Below are positions 1 to 12,299 of a stretch of DNA of 64,000 nt, piece by piece. Made by a program: the position numbers and the translations under genes. Source of the DNA: Amphiscolops sp. MND2022 (lineage: Eukaryota). The stretch spans positions 74,028,001 to 74,092,000 of the forward strand of contig OZ076410.1 in the NCBI GenBank assembly GCA_964187785.1. Direction: 5' to 3'. The first letter of the stretch is position 1. The number at the start of each line of letters is the position of its first letter. The notes below the pieces were generated by a model that made no database searches, had not been told where the DNA came from, and saw nothing but the letters and a program-made list of their open reading frames with translations.

Positions 1-3000
1 GCGTCTTCTATAGCACGGTCTACTTCCGTGGCCGACATTTTTGTTATAATGGTCGGGCTGGTACGGTCTCATATTAGGTTTGGTCTGCCTCGTCCGAACG
101 TACTCATTTTGAGGGTCGTGTTATGGAGGGGATCTGGCCATTGACGTCTCTCTGTGTCCATTGATGGCGTCTCTGATCCGCTGGCCGATTCTATCACCAT
201 TGCTCGTTTTTGTTTGGATGATGATCTGATAAACCAGCCGTCCGGTCCTTCTGTTGTTTTGTTCCTGTTTAAAATCAGAGGTGGGTATATTAATCATTTT
301 TCTGTGTAATACTCTCCTGTTAGGGGTCATTACAGTAAAGTTTGTGCCCGATATTGCCAATAGTGTTTTATCGGGGTATGAACTTTTAAATTTATTTCGT
401 TGGTGTTTCTTTTCCAAAATTAAAAAGGGATAGTTACTCACTACCTTGGTGTTTTTCTTCGGCTTCATTGGCAGCTGCTCAGACACACCGCCCGCTCCAC
501 TGAAGGATTATACCTGTAAGGTATCTGGTTTCGCTAAAACAGGATGTTTTGTTAACTTTTCGAATTTATCGAGGTTTGATAGATTACTTTTCTCCGTATT
601 TGGTTTTCTGCCGTAATGAAGTTCGAAGCAGATTTTTTCAGTAGTGTGTGTGTGGCGTTTTTCTCATTACGTCCAGAGACATATACAGAGCCTTTCCGAA
701 ACAATTTCTGGCTTTATTGTTTATTAAGAGAATTTCTTTCAGAGTTCTGACCCCCCGTTCAATCAGACTGGTGGGTGTATGGATATACAGGGTGCCGTAT
801 ATTAGCCTGATGTAGAGTTTCTTGCAAAAATCTCTAAACAGGCGTCCTGCGAATGCGGTAGCTTTATCCGTTCAAATCGTTTTTGGTATACTGTTTAGCC
901 GAATATATAATTCAAGAAATTCTACCATTGTTTCGCCGTCCGTAGATGTACAAAGCATGCCGCCGGCACTTGGACTGAACCGGTCCATGGATAACAAAAT
1001 ATAAAATACACGGTTATTTTCCGTGATTGGTCCAATGAAATCCAATTGGATTTCTTCGTTTTGGGCCATTTAACCGTGGAAGGTTATTTTTCCGTGTTCG
1101 GTATGTTAGGCTTAATGTTCTTACCAGACATTTTGCAAGGGATGCGAGAATCGCACTTCTTCCTCGGTGATTCTCGGCCACCAGAAGTGCCGTGCTGCAA
1201 TTGTTATCTTGTTGATGGCAGGATGATCCTTGTGTAGCAGGCTCATAAGAGTTGTTTGGAGGTTCTTCGGGACGATAATTTTGTCCTCGATGAAGACCAA
1301 ACCGAACCGGCTTGACAATTACTTCTGGTGGGGTTGGTACTCATCTGGTATTAAGTTATGTGGTTGCCGTTCGAGACAAACCAAGGTTTTGAGTAAAGTT
1401 GGGTCATTGGTGGTCTCGGTCATTAATAACTGTAGGTGCGTTGAAAAATTCTTCTCGGTTTCTCTTTTAGCCTGTTCGATATCCCAGTTGTTGTCTTCTT
1501 GTGCTGCATTTTTTGGGGTGTGTCCCATCTTGACATTCTGAACTTTTTACTCCGACGTAGCGTGCCCAATTTATTGCGGGGACTTGATCCGTCAAACAAT
1601 CTATCCCAACTTCTTCCATCGGAATTGGGGCGTATTGTTTAAGGCCCGTTGGGACTGATGATGGTCCAGGCGTATCTTGTTGTTGGGCCGGTGTTTGTCA
1701 GTCCATTTTCCAGTAAGGATTTACAATCCATTGCTCCGACCGTCCTGTTTGAGGTTGAAAGACTCCACTGTGTTGGGGACCAATTTTTTGTTATAGGTCG
1801 CCTTTGTTCCCGGCTTGGGATGATTTTTTGGAATCTCTCCTCGATTTCACGTCTTTCATTTGACATAAACTTTGGTTCGTGGTAGTTTTTCCATTTTCCT
1901 CCGAAGATACGGTAAATGCCGAGCTTTACAATTTCTTTCAGTGCTGGATTCATTCCGTAGTTTCGGCTGAGGAATCTACGGCTGCTAAATTGTCATTGGT
2001 TCTGACATCCATTGTATCGTTAATGTTGTTACTTTTTAAATTGCGTGTGAAAGTTGTGTTGTTAAGGCAATCAATGGCGGCTTGTTTCCGCGTGTCTCGT
2101 GTCCGTGATTTGTTATTTACTTTGTGTTCGTTTTCGCCCGTTTCACTTTCTGATTGGCTGACGTGTTTGCTAAGGCAACCGTGTTTGATGACCCACCATT
2201 GATGACGTATTCTTCGTCGTATGCGTCATCCGTTTGCGGCAGCGCTGACGGATTTCTGCTCAAGTAATCCGTGAGTGCTAAATGCTTGCCTGCGATATGG
2301 TTTACATTACTCGTGAAATAAGCTAACCGGTCCAGCCATCTCGTCAATCGTGCGCTATATGTTTTATTAGATCGGTTTTGTTTGATAAATGGTTCTAATG
2401 CCTGATAATCCGTGAGTAGCATGACCGTAAAGGTACAGTCGAAAATACGCTAATCCCCAAACTACGGCCAACAGTTCGAGTTCATTTATCGGGTTATTCT
2501 TCTCAGTATCTGATAAAAATCGGCTCGCAAAACCGATTGGTTTTAATTTTCCGTCTAATTGTTTTTGCCACAGTGTAGTACCGAGGCCTTTCGCACTGGC
2601 GTTGGTTGTTAATATGTTCGTATAATCCGAATTATAATGAGCCAGACACGGTATTTCCGTGATCTTTTGCTTGAGTGTGTTCTTCCGTCCACAGCCATTC
2701 GTTTTCCTTGATTAGGAGCTGTCTCAGGCTAACCGTCTGTGCGGAGAGATTATCTAAGTATTTGGACAGGTCTTGGATTGCTCCCAAAAATGACTTGAAT
2801 TCCTTCTCGTTGTTTGGTTGTTTCAAATCTTTTTTTTGTCATCAGGTTGTCCTGTAATGGCCTGATTCCGTTTTGATCTATTTCATATCCAATCCATTCA
2901 ATCTCCGTTTTGAAAAATTCGGATGTATTTTCGCAGTGTTTGTATCCGGCTTCTTACAGTCGGGTTAAAACAACTATTTCCGCCGTTTTGTGTCGTTCTT

Positions 3001-4557
3001 TTGAGCCCCTGGTTACAACATTAACATCGTCTAGCCATGGCGTGTGTTTGTTTTCCAGTGTTTGGTCGAGTTTCTCCTGAAAGTTGGTCCGTATATCCGT
3101 TAACGCGTGAAATCCTTTTAGGAAACGGAAGTACCCGTAAATATTCCACCGATTAAGGCAATTATGCACAAACTTCGTGCGTCTGTGGAAAATAGTAGCT
3201 GGCCGTACGTACGTCTGGCACCGCGTCCGCGATCTTTCTGGAGATTCTGGAAACTAATTCCTCCATATTAGGCTTTTATGCTTTTCTTTTTATAGTAATT
3301 TCGTTCAGCTTTCCTGAGTCCAGAGCAATCTTTACCGACTTCTCTTTCTTTAGTGTTCTTTAGTGTGATTACAGCCTGGCTGACGAAACAGTTTTCGTCG
3401 AAGTTGTTTGCCTTCTCGATGTGGCCCTGTTACATGGGATTATCGATTCTTTTCCGACCGATTGTTTTAAGTGTATCGGTTTTGGCCTCCCCTTTTGCTG
3501 TATTAATTTTGCGTCGTCATTCAGTTGTATTTTCACTTCGAGTCTGTTCACCGTGTGGTTTTTGTTAAAAATTTTTTTTAATTTTCTTTTCAGGGTTGTT
3601 AAGTCCGGATCTTCTATAATATGGTTTATCAGTGGATTGGTCTTACCGGTATCCAGCGTTATTCCCAATTTGTGCATCCAGTCCAAGCCTTGTGAAAGGT
3701 TGGTTTTTTTGTTGCTACCAGGGCTTCGAGGTTGTCACGCTTCCCGTTTATCTGTACTGTTGCAATTGTCTTTTCCTCAAATCTGATTCGGTTGTCATTT
3801 ACGTTTCGGTATTCAGTTTCAATTGGTTTTAGCGGCGTTATTCATGTGAAGTGCGATTTAGGTATTAAAGTTATCGGTGAGCCACTATCTTTTATAAATT
3901 CGATTGGCCGGTTTTTGACCAGTGCGGTATGAGTAAAGAATTCAGGTCATTCTTTTTCATCTGGCGTGTCGAATGGATCTTTTGATTTACGGAATGGATT
4001 GTGTTCGATGACTAGTCGTCTTCTTACGCACTGCTTGTTTCATATTCTTGTATGCGGTTTACTGTTTTGTTTGTTCTACCGCATTTTGCATAAAAGCCGA
4101 TCTTTTGCTTTTCGCGCATTTCTTTTCCGTGGCCGGACATTCGTGCTGTTTTGACCAGTTGGGTGCTCCGCATCTCATACAGTCCAGTTTCTTTGTCATC
4201 TTTATGTATTTTACAAACTTCCGCCACCACATATTCGCATTGGTGTAGTCTTGCTTTTCCAGTGTTGGAATGGTGAGTTTCTGGCTACATGTCCGCTCAT
4301 TGCTTCTATTTAGTGTATCGTTTGGTAGCGGTTGTTCACTCGAGTGAGGTTGCTGCGTTCCTTGGAGTGGTGTTTGTGCTGTCATTCATTAGGTTTTTTG
4401 TAGTGGTCCTTTGTAACTCTTTAGTTACTCCGACTGCGCCCTGTTGTATCTCTTGTAATCGAGTATGAAAGAGAATTTAATGTTAAGAATCAACTATTCT
4501 TTGCTATCCTTTTTCTAAGTGTTAGCACAAAGCTTCATCTGCACTTAGTCCTCTACA
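1..4557 (-). mobile_element. Decayed Ty3/Gypsy LTR retrotransposon (gag-PR-RT-RNaseH-IN); 3' LTR lies outside the window
   Basis: Minus-strand ORF fragments in Gypsy order. Gag Zn-knuckle-like CMRCGAPNWSKQHECP (about 4100-4160). RT entry with KGRPKPIHLKQSVGKE (3369-3686). RT fragments 2632-3169 (FKSFLGAIQDLSKY). RNase H LLTDYQAL...RLTRWLDRL...TDYLSR (2117-2422). Integrase Zn region LLHKDHP...HFWWP (1121-1318) and core LDFIGP...SMDRFS (872-1069). Many frameshifts. LTR 3' end at 4442 (minus ...TACAACA); far LTR end (about 4557) is a guess. Confidence 0.85.
4425..4441 (-). promoter_or_regulatory. Primer-binding site (tRNA-Ser-like) of the first Gypsy element
   Basis: Minus strand reads ...TACAACA-gGGCGCAGTCGGAG, one mismatch from TGGCGCAGTCGG, the complement of the 3' end of GCAGTCG-type tRNA-Ser. 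It sits just upstream of gag. Confidence 0.65.
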
Positions 4558-4857
4558 GTGGCAAGAAAGAGCTGTTATCTTCGCTGCTAAAACGTGGAAC
4601 ATCCCTCTCGTCCTCGATATTTGTAATTGTTTTTTTAACGCTTTTTCGGTCTCTATGAGTTTTTTATGGTTCTGTGGAGAGCAAAAATTGGGAAAATATT
4701 TCTGGACTAGTGCTGGTTTGAACTTCGAAAATTGCACTTGTTTTGAAAATATTCGTTGAAAAAAGTTAATCACATTTACAAAATGCATGACATTTGTGTT
4801 GGAATAGTAGGGATTTCAAACCGACAAAAACGTTTCATTCGATCGATATCGTCTTTT

Positions 4858-7486
4858 TGTAACTTCCAGCGAGCGGAGCTCATACAAGAGCTTGGAGAAT
4901 GCTTAGGTTCTCGAGACAGGAGACCATACTTTTTTCAGAAGCCTAAACCCCAGCTTTTAAAAAAGTGTCTCTTGGGGGACTTTTTAAATGTCGAGGAGAC
5001 TCCTCATTTTAGAGCTTCGAGGCGACATGCTGGCACACTCAAAAACGCATCTCACAAGAACGTAAAAAAGATTTCTTGGGTACCTAAGACTTCCTACATA
5101 CTTCCGAGGTCCAAAAATGGCATTAGCTGAAATACAGTTTATTGGCTAAATCAGGCGAAAACATAACATCGAACAGGTCAAACCCTTACAAATACCTGAA
5201 ATAATGCGTGAATGGGTACGATTTCGGCTACGTTGTTAAAAATGAAATAAAAGTCTCGCCGATGCTTCGACATGCTGGATATTCAATACATTGTATAAAC
5301 TATAACAAAAGTTCTGAGTTTCGCTACGAAATTGGATGGAATCTGCATCTTCTGGGTGCAAACTGTTGAGTTCACAATTTTCAAAGTCTGCACGTGCTTT
5401 ATCAGAGTTTCGGGGTGTATTCATGTGTGTTCTCAGGGTGTTCTTTGAGTGTCCCACGTCCATTCAATGCGGATTGCTGTGCATAAACCATTAAAAACGT
5501 TGCATTTGTCAATTGGATACCGAAAATACAGTCCTTCTAGTCAATTTGGCGAATTTGAAGAATTTACCTCAAACTTATCATATTTTTAGCAGGAGGAGAG
5601 AGAATTTTGAAGTCTAAAGTAATGAACTGGCATCACGGTTTGTCTTCCTATTGATGCTTGTCTTTGAACTCATAGTTCTCATTTTTTTGGTACTCATAGT
5701 AACATTGGAAAAGCTCTTGTATCGATTTTGTGAGACAAAAATTTTGACGAAATTTTTGATAACGAGGTTCCTCCAGGCGGTTGAAATGTGAGTAACTAAG
5801 CATCGTGAAGCGATACTTCCATCAACGTTTGCATGAGGTTTCTCTCCAGTTTTAGAGTCAAATTAACGTTAACAAAATCGTCTCAAAAATTTAGTTCCAT
5901 TTGCAAGAAGTAGGAAAAAATACAGATGCAAGAATTTTCCGGTGGTGACAAATGATATTGGTCCATACGAAGCGAAACAACGGTACAAATTGGCGCATTG
6001 CTCAAAGTTCAAATTGCGCAAAGGACTTAAAAGCTCCTATGATCTATTTTCAAACTCACTGTGCAAAAATCTCGAAAGCCGTCTCTTTGGGTTTGGGAAA
6101 CCTTCGTTTTAGCTTTCCAAATTGCTGAATTTCTGTTTTCGTGAAAGTTGTGAAGTCTCACAGTTCCCAAAAAACTTTTGTGCTTGACAGTTCTTACCCT
6201 CTGGAAAGATCAGAAAAAACGATGTGAAATAAAGTTTCCGAAAAGTGGCACAGGGCCGAAATGACTCGATGTCAAACCTCGGGGGTTTTTCAGATTAAAA
6301 GTGTTTCGTAAAAATTTCTCAGGAAAATGAATCACGTGTGGTATGAGATCCGAATAAGTATGTTAAAAACTGGAATAAGGGGAACTTTTGTGTTTAGAAA
6401 TGAAAGCGAGAAACATTTGAAGGATTTTGGAATTTTGGTAATCGGCACGAATAGGTTCATAAAGCCACTAGATTAGTGACGTTTGTTTCATAAAGCGCCG
6501 ACTAAAAGCAGTACGCATACTGAATTGCTCTCAGTGAAAATATAAAATACCCATTTAAAAAATTTCAATACAGGGAGCGAAAAAGTAACCGAAACCGAAC
6601 AAGAGACAAAACAATTTTACCGGAGAAATAAACTACCACAAAAATGCTAGATACTGTTATTGGCAGCGAAAGATCGATTCAGGGAAGGACTGAAGATAAA
6701 ACTTTGCAGAAGGTCTCGAATACTCAATTTTTTTTGTTTCCTGAATAACTAAATAATTATAATTGGATTCTGAAATAATTATATAATTTATACAGATGCT
6801 GTGTCTTTTCTACCAAAGCCAACATTGAAAGCATATCCCAAATTCTGCTAATCCTCAAAAGATTCAATTGATATTCCAGTGGTACAGTCAATTTCTAGTG
6901 AGTTATGTTCCGATTCCTGAAGTTCTATGATGACGAAACAGCAGGTGAGTTCGGCAGGTTTTTAAAAATCAGACAAGGACGAAAAGGAGTTTAAAAAGAT
7001 GACCCAGACACGCAAACACATCCAAAAACTTTGTGTCTTCACCCCGTGGAACCAAAAAGGCGTGTGACGCTCACGCAATAGCGATGTCAACGGAGTAAAC
7101 ACAAGAAAACCCAAAAATTGTCCTATTTCGCTAAAAAAAACTCACAAACGGCGTTTTATTTTATACGCACTACGGAATGTTTCCCGAATCATAGTCTCAG
7201 TCAGGCTTTGATTTCTCCTTTATTCATAGCGATTGTGGAAAAAAGTGCTGTACTCCAGATATTCGAAATGTTTTTAAAGTATGTAGGAATATAAAAGAGT
7301 AGAAATACGTTTTAAGTACGTCTGGACATAGAGTGTGCCAGCGCGTCGCTCGGATCTGTAAAATGAGGAGCTCGTCGTAAAAAAACATCCCCCAGGAGAC
7401 CTCTTTTTGTAGAAAAGCAGAAGTTTTAATTTCTGTGAAGACTATAGTTTCCTTACATAAGCATCGTCCTCTTGGTGGACGTTACA
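4858..7486. mobile_element. Non-autonomous element with long degenerate terminal inverted repeats, TGTAAC...GTTACA
   Basis: Left end TGTAACTTCC (4858), right end GGACGTTACA (7486). The roughly 300-bp arms (about 4858-5150 and 7150-7486) are related to each other in inverted orientation and to the arms of 35186-36085 (shared GAGACCATA, GTCTC(C/T)T(A/G)GGGGA and GGCACACTC blocks). No TSD found. Confidence 0.5.
6060..6507 (+). repeat. 3' fragment of the DINE-1/Helentron-like interspersed repeat family
   Basis: Ends AAAGCGCCGACTAAAA, like the copies at 37492 and 40473. Contains the family's internal AAGTCTCACAGT(T/G)CC(C/G)AAAAA-type motif. 5' boundary approximate. Confidence 0.45.
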
Positions 7487-7509
7487 ACTAAAGAAACAGA
7501 GAGCAACGC

Positions 7510-7572
7510 TGTAGTAGATAGTGAATGATGAAACGAACACAAATGTAAATTGTTAGTGAACAAGTACCTGTA
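7510..7572 (+). repeat. Gypsy 5' LTR, left part
   Basis: TGTAGTAGATAGTGAATGATGAAAC...TACCTGTA matches 16906-16968 (TGCAGTAGATAGTGAATGATGAAAG...TACCTGTA). Confidence 0.9.
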
Positions 7573-7677
7573 TGCGGGAAAATGATAAATAGATTTACGA
7601 GAGAAACAAATTTAAATAATCTTGAGTTACGTTTGGTATCATTGAAATTTTAGGTACTTTTAGACATAACGAACAAC

Positions 7678-10460
7678 TTAAGAATTCCCAACGAGGGGGG
7701 TGTTAAGGAGCACTGGTTTGTGTGTTCTTCCTTGATGCGTTTTGAGGTAGCAACTCCTGACTTCACCATCTGGACCTGGAATAGCTCGTTCTACCAAACC
7801 AATTGGCCATTGACCTCTCGGGCTGTTGTTTCGGAGTATCCAGACCACATCTCCTTCTTTCAATTGATCAAAAGTCTTGTGCCATTTCGACCTCGTTCGT
7901 AGTGTTGGTAGGTATTCCTTTAGAAGCCGTCTCCAAAACTGTTCTAAACATTCTCGACACTGCTTCCACATGCGTTTTGTTTGTTTCGAATTCACTGCTG
8001 TTATTTCGAGTGTTGAAGGTGGTTGTAGAACATGTCCAATTAAAAAATGACTAGGGGTGAGGGCTTCCAAATCTTTGCAGTCTGATGAAACTGGGCTGAG
8101 GGGACAACTGTTGAGGATTCCCTCCAGCTGACATATTACGGTGTGGAAGCACTAATCATTGAGTCGTTTTGATCCGACAATGCTGTATAAAATTCGCTTG
8201 CTCATTTCTATCAGGCGTTCCCAAACACCACCTTGATGAGGAGTTCCAGGAGGGATGAATCTCCAATCAATTGAACGAGTACTTACACGGCGTGCAAGGT
8301 CATGAAGTATGTTCGCTGCTCCCTGAAAATTCGTTCCATTATTGCTGTATATCACTTCTGGTTTCCCTCTCCGGCTGCAAAAACGGTCAGTTGCCATGAG
8401 AAACTTTTCAGTGCTTATATCTGGGACAGTTTCCAAATGAACGACCCTGACAACTAGGCAGGTGATGAGGCAAATGTATCTTTGTATCGGTTTCTTACCA
8501 CTGAATACTTGATATCGACCGCAATAATCGATACCAACGTTCTTAATGTCTGCTGGTTTTGCAGAAAAGTGAACGTTTGGCAAGTCCGCCATTTTTGGCT
8601 GGCTCGGCAGTTGACGTTGTTGACGGCACGTGTGACAATTTAAGGTTATTTTCTTCAGAACAACTGTGGCTTTGATTATCCAGAATTGCTGCTGTAAAAT
8701 AGGACGTAAATGTTCAACTCCAATGTGTCCTTGTTTTTCGTGCTGGTGTTTGATGAACAGATATACAATAGGATGGCGTGCATCCAAAATGACTGGAGAT
8801 TTCGGGTTTTTTGAAACTGGTGCATTTTGTAACCTGCTCCTTGAACGTAGCCTATTTGCGTCGTCAAGGAAAGGGCTGAAGATGATTATTGGAATTTTTG
8901 GGCTGACACTTCGTCTTTGCTGTAGATCTTTTATTTCTTTTGAGAAAACTCCTTCCGCTGACCGCTTCAAAAAAAGTTTTGAGCTGTTGTGTCGATTTCG
9001 GCGGCTGTCTACTGAATGTTCTTTATTTTGTTACGAACTACGAAGATGACTCGAGTTGATGATAAAATTTTTGTCCACGACGAAAATCTTGAATAGTCGA
9101 TCAATCTGTGTTTCGGAAGGCTTTTTGCAGTAAAGACTGGTTAAATTCGGTAAAGGCTCTGTGGGAATAGGTGTGCTTTTTGGCTGTGTTGGCCAGTGTT
9201 CCTCAGTCAGAAGAAGGAAAGGGGGACCCTTGATCCAAGAAGAATCTTGAATTTTACTGGCGGGCAGTCCTCTAGTTCCTTCGTCTGCGGGGTTTTCTTT
9301 TGTCGAAACATACCTCCATTCCCTTTTTCGACTGTGTTCAAGGATTTCGTAAATGCGGTTGACTATGAACATTTTGTGCTGTTCCTTGTTTCTATTGTAT
9401 ATCCAACCCAAAACGCTCGTGCTGTCGCTCCAGTGTACTGTTTGATCTATTTGTAAAGTTAGTTTTTTGTTAGGTTTTTTTCTGAGACAGCTGGCATAAA
9501 GTTCCAGCTTGGGGATCTATTGTTGTTTTATGGGGGCTACACGTGTTTTTCCGAGTATTAAAACTAATCTTGCTTTTCCATAAACATCTGCGATTCGTAA
9601 AAAGGCGGATACTGCTGTTGCTACTTTTGAGGCATCGCAGAAAATGTGAAGTTGAACGTTGCTGTTTAGTGTTGATCCGATGTATCGTGGAATTTTGAAG
9701 TCTGCAAGTTGTGGCATATCTCTCAATGTTCTTGTTAGGGTCTGCTCTGCTGCTTCTTCTAATGGTTTATCCCACAATTGACCATTTTTCCAAATGTCTT
9801 GTAGTTGAATCTTCATTGTGATTGTGAAGGTTCATTTTAAACCAAAGGGGTCGAAAATTTTTGATATTAGGCTTAACGCTTTCCGCTGAGTCCAGACTGT
9901 TCCTTCCAAACAATCAAACTTGGGTATCTGTATTCCAATTGAGTCCTCCAAAGGGCTCCACTTGATACCTAGAATTCTTTCAGTGTTTTCGTGATGAAAC
10001 AGTTTTTCAATCGGTTCTGCTAAAAGATCCTGATGCAATTTCTGACAAAAGGTAATTTCGTTGCTACACCATTTCGTCGAACTGAAGGAACCTTTTAGTA
10101 GGAGTTGTCTCATGTTGCGTTGCATTGTGAGGGCTACTTCGACGTCATTTACAGACTTTATGAAGTCATCCATGTAAAAGTCTTAGAATACTGCTTCAGA
10201 TGCTGCTGGAAATTCAGTCTTGTGGTCCCGGGCAGTTTGTTGTAGTGCATAAGTTGCGCAAGTTGGTGAGTGTTTCGCTCCAAAAATATGCCTCTGATAC
10301 TCGTAAACTTCTGGTTCTTCAAACTCGTTGTTTGTCCAAAGCAAACAAAGATCGGCGATCTTGGGCTCGTACACCGACTTGCATAATCATGCCTTCTATG
10401 AGGAATTCTGAACAAAATGTACCTGAAGAGTGGCATGGTGTTCAACGTTTTGTTGTTCAA
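7678..10460 (-). pseudogene. BEL/Pao pol remnant (RT, RNase H, integrase), frameshifted
   Basis: ORF fragments 10183-10374, 9832-10173, 9517-9816, 9031-9411, 8152-8970 and 7678-8070 carry the Pao motifs in collinear order. Confidence 0.9.
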
Positions 10461-11672
10461 GTTGCTCGTATGCTACGGCTATTGGTTGAAGCCAGTCACT
10501 AAGAGCTGACAGGTTTGGCTGTTCAATCTTTTCTTTAACTAAAAACTGTTGCCACTTCACTGCGTTCGAAAAGGGCAATTTGTCTGTGGCGTGCTTTAAA
10601 TTGGTTGTGAGTATAAATCGGCAGTGAAATTATGAGCTTCGAAAAACCTTTTTATCGTCTTGATGAAGGACGAAAATTTGATGTATGTGTCATGTCGATT
10701 GGGTACAGGGGGAATGTGCTGTATCAATTGTTGGTTCATTGTTCCAACAATCACTGTGGGTCTGCCAAAATCACATCCAAAAGATTATATGGCTTCTTTG
10801 GCACGGCCTTTGACTAAACCTTGCAAGTATAATTTTTTGACTGCTGCTCAGTGGGGCTTCTCCAATCATGAACTGAAAGCGACTGTTCCAGTCTGTCCAC
10901 TTTGTCGGATCACCATCAAAAGTATCCTAATTGATTTTGGGTAGAGCATTCCGGTATAAGTAGAACTGTGAGTCATTCCGTTGTGAGACACCAATGTTAC
11001 CAATACTAGGCACTGAAACTGTTGGTATTTCAGGTGCTGCTGATTGATATTCTGAGGAAACACTGGCTGCGTGGACTTCGACAACTGCTGGCCTAGGCTG
11101 AAAACCAGTTGGCTGTTGAGAATGATCACCTCTATTGCCGAATTCAGAGGTGTGGTGTCCGGATTGTCACGAAATTGAACTGGATTCTGACAAGCAGTGG
11201 TAGTATATGACTGAAACGTTCCCTGGGTTGATTTGTACAGTGATCTGCATTCAATGTTGAATCTCCCGTGAACGTTACTTGAAATGGGTTTGGAACTCGC
11301 TTACGCGTCTCGCTCAATTCTGGTGCTTTAGCCCTCAATTCATCACTCTCAATACAAAACGTAGTCAATTTTTGCACTAAATTGGCATGTTCCGATTCAT
11401 CTGCATTTGCAATTATTGAGTATGTCAACTGTTCAACTGTTGCTAGTTGTGTTACCACATCTTTCTGATGTTGCTCAACGAGATTGAAACTTTTCTGTTC
11501 AATAAATGCATGGAATGATTCTATTAACGCGTTCAGTGTACTTGTAGCAACTGATTGTTTAGCCCTCGTGACCATTATAGGCACTGGCGCTATTTGCTTT
11601 GAGCCCATTTTGCAGTTATTATTTGAATTGATCAATAGCTCTCATTTTGTACTGCTCGTATATAACGAACAC

Positions 11673-11688
11673 CACGTCGGGGTCACCA
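11673..11688 (-). promoter_or_regulatory. Primer-binding site complementary to tRNA-Trp (BEL/Pao element)
   Basis: Minus strand TGGTGACCCCGACGTG, the complement of the conserved eukaryotic tRNA-Trp 3' end CACGTCGGGGTCACCA, located a few nt inside the 5' LTR end. Confidence 0.85.
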
Positions 11689-11695
11689 ATACTTA

Positions 11696-12016
11696 TGCGG
11701 GAAAATGATTAAATAGATTTACGAGATAAACAAACTTGAATAGTCTTGAGTTACGTTTGGTATCAATGCAATTTCAGGTACATTTAGACATAACGAACAA
11801 CTTAAAAATTCCCAACGAGGGGGGTGATAAGGAACGGGCTCACCGGGTGTATGGATCTTTTGAAGAGAGCAGAGTCGTAGAACTTCACTTGCGGTCATTA
11901 GTTTCGTCTCATCTCATTGAAAGTATTCACAAATAGTGAGCAATCAAACACGCCGATTCATTGAATAATCAAAAGTCATTGAGGTCAATAATGTCTTTGA
12001 TGAAGTTTCATTGACA
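11696..12016 (-). repeat. BEL/Pao 5' LTR (321 bp)
   Basis: Minus strand TGTCAATG...CCCGCA. Its last 138 bp match 7573-7709. Confidence 0.8.
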
Positions 12017-12170
12017 ACCTGTATCTTGCTTAAACCTCAAACCTAATGGAGATTTCTTTTGCGTTTGCCTTATAAAAAAGGGACAGTTTGATATCACCTC
12101 AAATTCATCTTCAATTTAGAATTATCCTGCAATTCGTTATTCTATTGGTTTCTTGAGCTCCGCGTTAACA
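12017..12170 (+). repeat. Gypsy 5' LTR, right part
   Basis: ACCTGTATCTTGCTT...GAGCTCCGCGTTAACA matches the 3' part of 16906-17120 and is followed directly by the PBS. Confidence 0.9.
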
Positions 12171-12182
12171 TGGCGCTGCGAG
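12171..12182 (+). promoter_or_regulatory. Primer-binding site (tRNA-Ser GCTGCG-type, tentative)
   Basis: TGGCGCTGCGAG immediately after the LTR-terminal CA. Isoacceptor assignment is from memory of tRNA-Ser ends. Confidence 0.6.
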
Positions 12183-12299
12183 TCGAAAATTCATCTTCTG
12201 GCGGGCAAACGTAATCATCTTCATCTTCGCATGTCATGGGTCTGCCAGTGTTCTGGAACGACGCCACTGCCAACCCTTCAATGACTGGGACAAGTGGAA

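Larger units (their letters stand above)
7573..12016 (-). mobile_element. BEL/Pao LTR retrotransposon, internally deleted
   Basis: 5' LTR 11696-12016; truncated 3' LTR 7573-7709 matching 11696-11833; tRNA-Trp PBS. Pao-type pol motifs: YQRHIFGAKHSPTCA, YMDD (about 10170), FCDAS...KTRVAPIK, H2C2 Zn finger, GIDYCG, PPGTPHQGGVWERL, and a C-terminal WKQC...FWRRLLKEYLPTL region. Flanked by a duplicated ACCTGTA. Confidence 0.92.
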
